A stretch of 62,979 nucleotides of DNA, the filler included. It is 9 parts of 9 records of this genome, joined end to end, with 100 filler letters (N's around TTAATTAATTAA, not from the genome) between each part and the next. Parts side by side here need not be neighbours in the genome. Positions count along the whole stretch, not along the records: positions 13,060 to 19,724 come from SRR31156797_52780; positions 19,825 to 25,628 come from SRR31156797_52792; positions 25,729 to 30,830 come from SRR31156797_52808; 6 more parts are not named here. The stretch is one strand, 5' to 3'. The position numbers were made by a program, and so were the translations under genes. This document shows positions 18,568 to 26,754 of the stretch, one piece after another. The notes under the pieces were generated by a model. That model did no database searches. It was not told the origin of the DNA and saw nothing but the letters and a program-made list of their open reading frames with translations. Each line of letters opens with the position of its first letter. The first letter of the stretch is position 1.

Positions 18568-19706
18568 TGTGCTTCCCCCTGACTTCCGGAGTAAAGCCCG
18601 GACATAGAATCAAGAGAAACAACATTGCAATGCCGGTCTATAACAATATCATGCTGGTCATGCCGCTGTTTGATCCAGTATTGGTTCGGCTGAAGCGAGC
18701 TGAGCATATCGACAAAGTAAATGACAGGTAGACTGGATTGAAGGCAGTCGTATCCGAGAACCGAGAACAAGTTGAGCTCCCCGGAGTCACGCGTCTTGGA
18801 TTTTCTGCACGGGTATTGTTGCAGCTTGGTTCGGCGGTCAATTGTCTGCGTGAATTCTCCCGGATCAGCAAGGCTGCTTAGATTTGCCCATACGGCATCT
18901 TTGGGGAAGGATCTATTTATTTTAAAGAAATCAAGCTGGGTGTCCAGCCAGCTTTCCACTCCAGACAACCATCTTTTGCCGTGACGGGAAAAATGATGCG
19001 CAGTCATTTCGGTATATCCCGTTGGAGTATGCACACCGGATGATCGCCCGTTGTGGTATGCCGAAGAACTTGTCAGGACTCCACAGTTGAAACCTGCCTT
19101 TCCGGCTCTAAGGCAAAAATCAACATCTTGAAAAAAATCAATATATGACTCGTCCATTCCCCCGAGGAAATGAAAATCATCTTTGCGAAATGCCAGTACA
19201 GCTGAGCAGACAGCAGGCCAGTAGTCTACGGATTTGTTCTTCGATGACATGTAGTTTTGTAAATCGAGGAATGAACGTCCTAGCCATGGGTGAAAATGGC
19301 CATGTTTACGTAGCCCGATTCCGCAATCGAGAACCAAATCAGTACGCGGATCAAGCAGAGTTGGTCCGACCAGATGTAATTCCGGGTTGTCGGCAAGAGA
19401 TTTAACAAGATCTTCGACACATTCTCTGGTCAGAAAAGAATCGGCATCGCAGAGACAAATGTATGATGTTTGTGCTGCATCAATGCCTGCGTTTATGGCC
19501 TTGGCATAGCCAGCAGGTCCATTGAGATCTATAATCTTAATCTGCCTTGCAATTTCGTTTGGGATAGGCGGATGATCATGAGGCGAATTGCGGACTATAA
19601 TTATAGATGAATCTTCTATGCCGGAGGTCCTCAGCGAATGAACACATGCGGATAGATGGCTTAAGCCATCATAAAACGGAATTACAATTGTGAAATCTAA
19701 AGGCAT
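18564..19706 (-). CDS. GT2-family glycosyltransferase with an extra C-terminal domain
   Basis: IVIPFYD, GYAKAINAG, CDAD (DxD) and QDVDFC motifs; ATGA overlap with the carbamoyltransferase. Confidence 0.88.
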   Translation of the reverse strand: MPLDFTIVIPFYDGLSHLSACVHSLRTSGIEDSSIIIVRNSPHDHPPIPNEIARQIKIIDLNGPAGYAKAINAGIDAAQTSYICLCDADSFLTRECVEDLVKSLADNPELHLVGPTLLDPRTDLVLDCGIGLRKHGHFHPWLGRSFLDLQNYMSSKNKSVDYWPAVCSAVLAFRKDDFHFLGGMDESYIDFFQDVDFCLRAGKAGFNCGVLTSSSAYHNGRSSGVHTPTGYTEMTAHHFSRHGKRWLSGVESWLDTQLDFFKINRSFPKDAVWANLSSLADPGEFTQTIDRRTKLQQYPCRKSKTRDSGELNLFSVLGYDCLQSSLPVIYFVDMLSSLQPNQYWIKQRHDQHDIVIDRHCNVVSLDSMSGLYSGSQGEAQ

Positions 19707-19724
19707 TCATAATTTCCAGTTATT
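19705..19724 (-). repeat. Right copy of the 20-bp inverted repeat bounding fragment 3
   Basis: Reverse complement AATAACTGGAAATTATGAAT is identical to 13060-13079. Confidence 0.95.
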
Positions 19725-19941
19725 NNNNNNNNNNNNNNNNNNNNNNNNNNNNNNNNNNNNNNNNNNNNTTAATTAATTAANNNNNNNNNNNNNNNNNNNN
19801 NNNNNNNNNNNNNNNNNNNNNNNNACTTCATGAACTTCATGTCCTTCATGGTGGTTAAAAAAGTTTGATCATGAAAGACGATGTACGACTCCTGCCCTGC
19901 CGGGCAGTTGTTTAATTTATACCATGAAGAAGGGGAGGTAA

Positions 19942-19964
19942 TGCCCCGGGTCATCCCCGGGGCA
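19942..19964. terminator. GC-rich hairpin downstream of the FadL-like gene
   Basis: TGCCCCGGG-tcatc-CCCGGGGCA; no strong U tract. Confidence 0.45.
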
Positions 19965-19989
19965 GTCCGATTGAAAACAATGCTTCGAA

Positions 19990-21279
19990 TTAGAAACCGA
20001 GGTTGAAACCGATGCCGATGGTTGTGGTGAAATTTTCGGTCTCGACCGCAACGCCTGCGGGCGGAATGGCGACCAAGAGATCCCTGTCATCCCAGATGGT
20101 CCAACCCACAGCCAGGTTCACCTTCATATTCTTCCTGAATTCCCAGGCCGCCCCGCATCCAAGATGCCAGTTGTCGGTGTACAGAACCTCATAGGATCCC
20201 AGGCAGGCCTGGTAGTAACCGTCGATATCGTCCCACATGAAATCGGTGTAGGTGGTTCCCACGCTTGCCAGGATAGCGGGGGTAAGCTTGTAGGAAACCG
20301 TAACACCGAAGGATTGGGCATCCCCTGCCATGCCGGAGATATCCCTTCCGGCAGTGTCCCTGCCCCAATCGGCCTCCTCCTGGAACCAGTAGGAATAATT
20401 GATTTCGCCGTAGAGCTTGTCTGAGAAGTCATATCCCAATCCGAAGCCGAGCATGCCCGGAAAATCCCGGGGGCTTTCACTGCCATCCACAAACCTGCCC
20501 AGATCGTCCCGGTCGACATCGGTCTCAAGGTCCAGGGCCACCCTGGACAAATACTGAATACCCAGGTTCATGGCCGGCGTGAGGTTGACGTTGACCCCGG
20601 CGATAAACCCGAAGCCATCGGCCTCCTCGTCAATGTCCACCTTAATGGGCGTTCGCACGAAATTTCCGCCGCCAAGATCGTTGATGCCGGTCAGCCCGGC
20701 CTTGATATTATTTTCCACGAACATGTACCGGAGCCCCAGGGCAACGGAAACTTTCTCGTTTATCTGGCAGGCGCCGCCAAATGTTAGGGTGTTGTAGACC
20801 GATTCCGCCTCCAGGGAAGCGTTTTCAAAGCCCTGGATCGCCCCCAGACCCATCATTTCCATACCGATCATATCCGTGGTGATGGAACCGTCGGGGTAGT
20901 CCACCACCGCCCCGCCGCCGGGGATGTAATATCCCCCGAAAAGGGCCCAGTTATCCTTATTGTAGGTGACATAGACATTGGGAAGCAACCAGTCGATATC
21001 GTCCTGTTCATGACTTTGGGTCCCCATTCCCAGATCGTAGGTGTGCTCGGGTTTTCGAATCAGGGTCTGGTTGCCGATGTTCACCTGCAGCCCGTCAGGC
21101 AGCTGGGTGATGCCGCCGGGATTGTAGATCACGATATCGGCGGCATCCGTGGCGGCGTTCCGGTTACCGGTACGAATCCACTCCACACTCATGTTGGACA
21201 AATTGTCAATGTTGGCAAAAAGATCTCCGGCTCCCAGAAAGGAAAGAATCACAGCAACGAGTACGACTTTCTTCATCAA
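19990..21279 (-). CDS. FadL/OmpP1-family outer membrane transporter
   Basis: Signal peptide, RNAATDAADIVIYNPGG hatch motif, amphipathic beta strands and a terminal Phe. Confidence 0.85.
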   Translation of the reverse strand: MMKKVVLVAVILSFLGAGDLFANIDNLSNMSVEWIRTGNRNAATDAADIVIYNPGGITQLPDGLQVNIGNQTLIRKPEHTYDLGMGTQSHEQDDIDWLLPNVYVTYNKDNWALFGGYYIPGGGAVVDYPDGSITTDMIGMEMMGLGAIQGFENASLEAESVYNTLTFGGACQINEKVSVALGLRYMFVENNIKAGLTGINDLGGGNFVRTPIKVDIDEEADGFGFIAGVNVNLTPAMNLGIQYLSRVALDLETDVDRDDLGRFVDGSESPRDFPGMLGFGLGYDFSDKLYGEINYSYWFQEEADWGRDTAGRDISGMAGDAQSFGVTVSYKLTPAILASVGTTYTDFMWDDIDGYYQACLGSYEVLYTDNWHLGCGAAWEFRKNMKVNLAVGWTIWDDRDLLVAIPPAGVAVETENFTTTIGIGFNLGF

Positions 21280-21407
21280 GGCCTCCTCATGGCAGAAATC
21301 AGGTGGTGCATTGTTGATCGCATCCGGCAGCTCACCTGCCGGAATTCGTATGCAGAAACAGTAAACAGAACAGCAATCTTTCTAAGGAATGAAAACACAC
21401 ACGGTAA

Positions 21408-21481
21408 ACAATATTCAAATTCGCGACGACTTGTCAACCAGAAACTGAAAGTTGACAGGTAAGGCGTATCCTGGTTAGACT
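21408..21481. promoter_or_regulatory. Back-to-back divergent sigma70-like promoters
   Basis: Plus strand TTGACA(21452)-N18-TAGACT; minus strand TTGACA(21437)-N18-TATTGT; located between divergent genes. Confidence 0.5.
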
Positions 21482-21509
21482 GGTTGTTACAGGAAACCCG
21501 AACCTGAGG

Positions 21510-22274
21510 ATGGAAACCATGAGACATGTGATCCCCATGGCGATTTCATTGACGATCATCGTCTCCTGTGCCTTTGCACCGGCACTGTTTGCCCAGCCAA
21601 AGGCCATCACCCTGGCGACCGACCCCTTTGAGCCCTATTACGGGGACAAGGTACTCAACCAGGGGTTTGTCACGGAAATCGCACGGGAATCCCTGAAACG
21701 ATCCGGCTATGACCTTACCATAGCGTTCATGACCTGGAAGCGGGCCATGGAATTGAGCCGGCAGGGGAAATATGCCGGTGTTCTGGGCGCCTACTACTCG
21801 GAGGAGCGGAACAGGGATTTTGCCTATTCAATGCCCATCGCCAGGGTGGAGGTTGTGCTCATGTCCCGTAAGGGAGCCAACATCGCCTACACGACCCTGG
21901 AGGCGCTCAAGCCCTATCGAATCGGCATCATCCGGGGGTATGCCAACACAAAGGCCTTTGATTCGGCAGATTTTTTAATTAAGGATGCGGTTGAAAAAAA
22001 CGAACAGAACCTTAGAAAACTGATAAACAATCGTGTGGACCTTCTTATCAATTCGAGGGCCGTGCTCCAACATGTGATCAACACGGCAATGCCCCATGCG
22101 GCACTGCTGGTTGAGTTTGTGGAACCGCCTCTCCAGGTCAACGACCTTCACATCATGTTCACGCGAAAAGATCCCGACCACGATACCTATGTAAACGCCC
22201 TGAACAGGGGCTATGGAATGATCAAAACAGACGGGACCCTGGAAAGAATCCTCACCCGCCACGGCTTTGACTAG
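21510..22274 (+). CDS. Periplasmic solute-binding protein, family 3 (polar amino acid type)
   Basis: Signal peptide, WKRAMEL, IGIIRGY, LINNRVDL and DGTLERIL motifs. Confidence 0.85.
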   Translation: METMRHVIPMAISLTIIVSCAFAPALFAQPKAITLATDPFEPYYGDKVLNQGFVTEIARESLKRSGYDLTIAFMTWKRAMELSRQGKYAGVLGAYYSEERNRDFAYSMPIARVEVVLMSRKGANIAYTTLEALKPYRIGIIRGYANTKAFDSADFLIKDAVEKNEQNLRKLINNRVDLLINSRAVLQHVINTAMPHAALLVEFVEPPLQVNDLHIMFTRKDPDHDTYVNALNRGYGMIKTDGTLERILTRHGFD

Positions 22275-22287
22275 GATGAACAAACGC

Positions 22288-23223
22288 CTACTGGAGAAGG
22301 GAGTCGTTCATGGCGACCCGCCTTACTAGTTCCCGGTAATCCACGGCACCGGAGCAGCCCGGGGCAAACTCAAAAATGGTCTTGCCAAAGGAAGGCGCCT
22401 CACTGAAATTCTCATTGTAGCGGATGGGTTTGCAGATCTGCTCCCTGTAGAGTTTTTTGAGCCTGGCAAAGATGAGCTGGGGATTCCTGATCCGCGTGTC
22501 CATGAAGGTGGGGACCACATATTTCAGCGAGACCTCCTGCCTGTATTTCTGGATGGAGCTCAGGCTCTTCATGAACTCGGAAAGCCCGTGCAGGGGCATG
22601 GCCTCCAGGGCCACCGGGATCAGGATCTCCGTTGAGTAAAACAGGACGTTGACCGTGAGCTGGTCCCAGCCCGGAGAGGTGTCGATGATGATGAAATCAA
22701 ATTTCGTGTCCAGGGGCTTGAGTGACTCTGACAGGGTATACTCCGCCCCGAAACTCTTTCGGTCGATGATCCTTTTCACCCCGGCAAGGGACTTGCCCCC
22801 CCCAAGGAGCCAGAGATTCTTTCGTGCCTGGATGATCGCCTCGTCAGCGGACAGTTCCCCGGTCAGCAATTCGGTGAGCCCGGCCTCAGGCTTTTTGCCC
22901 AAAATATAACCTGACTGTCCCTGGGTGTCGGTATCCACGAGCAGGACCTTGTAACCGGCCAAGGCCAGCCCCGCACTCAGGTTCACCGAGGTGGTGGTCT
23001 TACCCACCCCTCCCTTGCTGAGGGTAACGCAGATTTTCCTTGCCACCGTCGCCGTCTTTGGCGTATCGGCTGTTGCCGCATCCCGGGCCCGGAGTTCGTC
23101 CACCTTAACGGGAAATTTGTGGCTGCAGGCCTTGCATCGCGCAACAATCGTCTTGCCCTTGGGAATATTATCAATGCTTACCCGGTGCTTTTTAGAACAC
23201 TTGGGACAAACAAGAATGCTCAC
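22288..23223 (-). CDS. ParA/Soj-family ATPase with N-terminal Zn ribbon
   Basis: CPKC...CKAC; deviant Walker A KGGVGKTT; DTDTQG; IIDTSP; GTG start at 23223 with GGAGGA RBS, overlapping the upstream stop. Confidence 0.88.
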   Translation of the reverse strand: MSILVCPKCSKKHRVSIDNIPKGKTIVARCKACSHKFPVKVDELRARDAATADTPKTATVARKICVTLSKGGVGKTTTSVNLSAGLALAGYKVLLVDTDTQGQSGYILGKKPEAGLTELLTGELSADEAIIQARKNLWLLGGGKSLAGVKRIIDRKSFGAEYTLSESLKPLDTKFDFIIIDTSPGWDQLTVNVLFYSTEILIPVALEAMPLHGLSEFMKSLSSIQKYRQEVSLKYVVPTFMDTRIRNPQLIFARLKKLYREQICKPIRYNENFSEAPSFGKTIFEFAPGCSGAVDYRELVRRVAMNDSLLQ

Positions 23224-23543
23224 GATTCCTCCTTTTTCAACTCTTCCACAATGGCGTCCATGGCGATGTTGGCAATGCGATCGATGGAGATGCTTCCCTT
23301 GGTCTCCCTGGAAACCTTGATCCGTATCTTCGCCTTTGACTCCCACACCTGGATGGTGACATTGTCCCGTGACAATTCCCAGGATCTGTCAATCTCAGGT
23401 TCCGGGAGACCGGCTTCGGCATCATCGTCGGTACTTCTGTAAATCAGGCAGTTGAGTTCGTCCATTTCGGCGAACTCTTCACCTTCATCCTTGCCGCTTA
23501 AGAGGTCGTCCATCACGTCTTTTTTCTTTTTTTCACCCATCAT
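23220..23543 (-). CDS. Small acidic hypothetical protein
   Basis: 107-aa ORF overlapping both neighbours; GGAG RBS. Confidence 0.7.
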   Translation of the reverse strand: MMGEKKKKDVMDDLLSGKDEGEEFAEMDELNCLIYRSTDDDAEAGLPEPEIDRSWELSRDNVTIQVWESKAKIRIKVSRETKGSISIDRIANIAMDAIVEELKKEES

Positions 23544-23985
23544 TCTCTATTGCTCCACTCCCCTCTTCTGTTGAAGCGCGATTTTTGTCAAGCAGCTCTT
23601 TTCGCAGTGCCCGGACAGTGGACTCGAGAGCCTGAACGGCACTCGCCCCGGGTTCCAGCCAACGTATCCCGCAAATGCGGCGCAGTTCCCGGCCCGGGGA
23701 AATGTGAACCACCGCCCCCTTCAGATCTTCCACGGTCTCGTCCCCAAGGACGAGTGTGCACCCGGAAAGCGTATCGCCCACCATCAAGCTCATCTCCCGG
23801 GTCAGCTCAAGGGCGATGCCCGTTTCGCTGATATCCATAATAGGATGGGAAACGTTGCCAATGGTGACGGAATATTTTACCTTTGTGGTTAAAGGTATGC
23901 GAAAGGAATTACGCACGATGTCGTTCACTTGCGAATCATTGCTTATCTCGTAAAACTCTATGGACTCTCCATGATTGTCATCCAT
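23533..23985 (-). CDS. Stand-alone PilZ-domain protein
   Basis: RxxxR (RNSFR) and DxSxxG (DISETG) c-di-GMP-binding motifs. Confidence 0.82.
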   Translation of the reverse strand: MDDNHGESIEFYEISNDSQVNDIVRNSFRIPLTTKVKYSVTIGNVSHPIMDISETGIALELTREMSLMVGDTLSGCTLVLGDETVEDLKGAVVHISPGRELRRICGIRWLEPGASAVQALESTVRALRKELLDKNRASTEEGSGAIENDG

Positions 23986-24110
23986 GGCCCCACCTTATGA
24001 TATAGCTTGTTTCATTCACTTAACAACCCATTGCCATTCACTATATAACAGCATAATATTACAGGCAAGGGAAATCCGCGGTCACAGCCCTGGCCGGCAA
24101 CACCGGCGAT

Positions 24111-25628
24111 TTACCCGCCCCGGCCGGGAGGGGTGCCCAGGGGCGCAAGGACCAATGCCGTACGGGTGGGAAGATAGAGGCTCAACCTGTCTTCAGTCGC
24201 CCCTTTCAGCGGTTCCCTGCGGGTGAAGTGGGCCTGGCCCGCAACCAGGCGCCCCTGCCCGCCGAACCGTTTTTCGTCGGTATCCAGCACCATTCCATAC
24301 TTTCCCGGAGGTGCATTGACGAAATAATCGCTGAACGAACGGGCCGGATGGAAATTAAAAATAAAAACAAGCCCTGCCCTCTCAAACGCCAGTATCCTGT
24401 CCGATTCATGGAGAAAAAGCAGGGTCGCCCCCCGGGCGTCGACGATTTCCCGTTTTTTTGCCATATCCACCATGGCCCTGTCAAATTCGGCAAGGCGCGA
24501 AAACATCAGATCCGGGTTGTCCTTCAGGGACCACTGGCGCCGGGCGTAGTGATAGGACCAGTTGTTGGCCGCGCTTGGAAAATCGATCCATTCGGGATGG
24601 CCGAACTCATTGCCCATGAAGTTCAGATACCCGTTTCCGGCCGTGGCAAGGGTGATGAGCCGGATCATCTTGTGAAGGGCCACGGCCCGGACGGTGGTGA
24701 CGGAACCGTTGACCCTTTCCATGCCGTGGTAAATCTTTTCTCCCATGAGATGCATCATCAAGGTCTTGTCCCCCACCAGGGCCTGGTCATGGGATTCGGC
24801 ATAGGAAATGGTCTTTTCCTCCTCCCTCCGGGAATTGAGCTCATGCCACAGGGTCTCCAGGGGCCAAGCCTCGTCCCGGAACTCTTTCAGGAGGCGAATC
24901 CAGAAATCCGGGATGCCCATGGCAAAGCGAAAATCAAATCCGGTTCCTCCCATGGCCTGGGGAGCGGCCATGCCGGGGTAGCCGCTGACATCCTCGGCAA
25001 TGGTCACGCAAGGGGGAAAATATTCGTGGACAAGGCGATTGGCAAGATAAAGATAGGCCAGGGCATCCAGGTCCACCGAATCGCCATAGTAATCGTCATA
25101 ACAGGTAAAGGCCCGATTCAGCCCGTGGTCATGGAACAGCATGCTGGTGACCCCGTCAAACCTGAAGCCGTCCATGTGAAACGCCTCGATCCAGTACCGG
25201 ATATTGGAGAGCAGGAACCGCACAACCATGGGCTTGCCGTAATCAAAGCACCGGGAGTCCCAGAGCCTGTGATGCCCCCGTTCCCCGGAATGGAAAAACT
25301 GGTCCCGGGTGCCGTCGAAACGGCTCAGCCCCTCCACCTCGTTGCCGGCGGCATGGGAGTGAACAAGGTCCATGAAGACCCGGAGCCCGAGGCCATGGGC
25401 CGTATCCACCAGGTGCTTCAGCTCCTCCGGGGTGCCGAAGCGTGATGAGGGAGCGAAAAAATTCGTGACATGGTATCCGAATGAGCCGTAATAGGGGTGT
25501 TCCTGAACCGCCATGAGCTGAATGGCGGTGTAGCCCGCGGCCTTGATCCTGGGAAGCACCCGGGTCTCAAACTCCTTGAAGGTGCCCACCCTCCCCTGTT
25601 CCTGGGCCATGCCCACATGGGCTTCATA
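24111..25628 (-). CDS. glgB: 1,4-alpha-glucan branching enzyme, GH13 (5'-truncated)
   Basis: QEHPYYGSFGYHV, DGFRFDGVTSM, IAEDVSG, YAESHDQ and NFMGNEFGHPEWIDFP motifs. Confidence 0.93.
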   Translation of the reverse strand, partial: YEAHVGMAQEQGRVGTFKEFETRVLPRIKAAGYTAIQLMAVQEHPYYGSFGYHVTNFFAPSSRFGTPEELKHLVDTAHGLGLRVFMDLVHSHAAGNEVEGLSRFDGTRDQFFHSGERGHHRLWDSRCFDYGKPMVVRFLLSNIRYWIEAFHMDGFRFDGVTSMLFHDHGLNRAFTCYDDYYGDSVDLDALAYLYLANRLVHEYFPPCVTIAEDVSGYPGMAAPQAMGGTGFDFRFAMGIPDFWIRLLKEFRDEAWPLETLWHELNSRREEEKTISYAESHDQALVGDKTLMMHLMGEKIYHGMERVNGSVTTVRAVALHKMIRLITLATAGNGYLNFMGNEFGHPEWIDFPSAANNWSYHYARRQWSLKDNPDLMFSRLAEFDRAMVDMAKKREIVDARGATLLFLHESDRILAFERAGLVFIFNFHPARSFSDYFVNAPPGKYGMVLDTDEKRFGGQGRLVAGQAHFTRREPLKGATEDRLSLYLPTRTALVLAPLGTPPGRGG

Positions 25629-25728
25629 NNNNNNNNNNNNNNNNNNNNNNNNNNNNNNNNNNNNNNNNNNNNTTAATTAATTAANNNNNNNNNNNNNNNN
25701 NNNNNNNNNNNNNNNNNNNNNNNNNNNN

Positions 25729-25896
25729 GGATTGATGTTCGGGTTCCTCGAAGGTTGGCCGACCGACGAATCGCTCAAGCTTGCGGTCGCCAATGCGGCG
25801 GTCAGTCTGCTCAGCGAAATCACGACCGGATCCATCATGCCCTGGCGGGAGGCGCTGGATTTCGCCGCGGAACACGGTTTCCGCGATATTGAATAA
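25729..25896 (+). CDS. C-terminal fragment of a PfkB-family carbohydrate kinase
   Basis: Reads GLMFGFLEGWPTDESLKLAVANAAVSL...DIE*; not in the ORF track. Confidence 0.6.
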   Translation, partial: GLMFGFLEGWPTDESLKLAVANAAVSLLSEITTGSIMPWREALDFAAEHGFRDIE

Positions 25897-25989
25897 TTGA
25901 GTGAGCGGGGCGGCCGCTTCGTCGCGTCCGTACCTTGTTTCAAAGTTGCTTTGCGGCTCATAAGGTTTGTCTGAACGGGACATTTCAAG

Positions 25990-26649
25990 ATGACCCTGCG
26001 TTTCTTCGTTGACAGTGCCGATCCGAAAAACTGGGAATGCTTTCTGCGCCGGGGCTGGGCGTTCGGGGCGACGACCAATCCCGTCATCCTTCGGCGCGAA
26101 GGCAGGGCCATCGATGGCAACACCTGCCGGTCCCTGGCCGCCGATGCGCAAAACCTGGGCCTCAAGGAGGTCCACATCCAGGCGACCGGCGCGACGGCCG
26201 AAGAACTGTTCGCGTCCGGCAGTTTCATTGCGGAATTGGGCGACCACGTGCGGGTCAAGATGCCGCTGGTGCCGGCCGGTCTCGAGGCGGCCAACCGTCT
26301 CGCCGCCGACAACGTGCCGTTGACGCTGACGGCGGCCTATGCCGCCCATCAGATGGTCGCGGCATTGGTGCTCGGCGCCGCCTATATCGCGCCCTATTAC
26401 GGACGGCTGATCGAGGCCGAAATCGACGGCGACGCGATGCTTTCACGGATGCGGACCATTCGCGACCATAACGACGGCACCACCCGAATCCTGATCGCCG
26501 CCCTGCGCTCGGTCGAACAGGTCGAAAACCTGCTGGCCCAGGGGCACGACACCTTCACCCTGAGCCCGGTCGTCGCCGGGAGCCTGGCGGCCGACCGCAT
26601 GAGCGAGGCGGCGTTCGCCGAATTCGTCAACGTCGATTCGGCGGCCTGA
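25990..26649 (+). CDS. Transaldolase-family protein, fructose-6-phosphate aldolase-like
   Basis: FFVDSAD, GATTNP, Schiff-base Lys in VRVKMP and YIAPYYGR. Confidence 0.88.
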   Translation: MTLRFFVDSADPKNWECFLRRGWAFGATTNPVILRREGRAIDGNTCRSLAADAQNLGLKEVHIQATGATAEELFASGSFIAELGDHVRVKMPLVPAGLEAANRLAADNVPLTLTAAYAAHQMVAALVLGAAYIAPYYGRLIEAEIDGDAMLSRMRTIRDHNDGTTRILIAALRSVEQVENLLAQGHDTFTLSPVVAGSLAADRMSEAAFAEFVNVDSAA

Positions 26650-26754
26650 TCGCGGCTCGCCCGGTTCGACCCGGTGAAAGATTGACGAAAGCGCCCGCCG
26701 CTATTGTCTGCACGATAAGCGAAAAAAATACGGCAGATACCGGGAGCCTTCTCG

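Noticed and set aside
21431-21458. TGTCAAC...GTTGACA as a BirA-type biotin operator
   Set aside because: Spacer is shorter than typical BirA boxes, no biotin genes are in this fragment, and two divergent -35 hexamers explain it
24228-25445. 405-aa plus-strand ORF and similar long ORFs at 26701-27882 and 27405-28724
   Set aside because: Antisense shadows of well-supported genes in GC-rich DNA; no recognisable motifs
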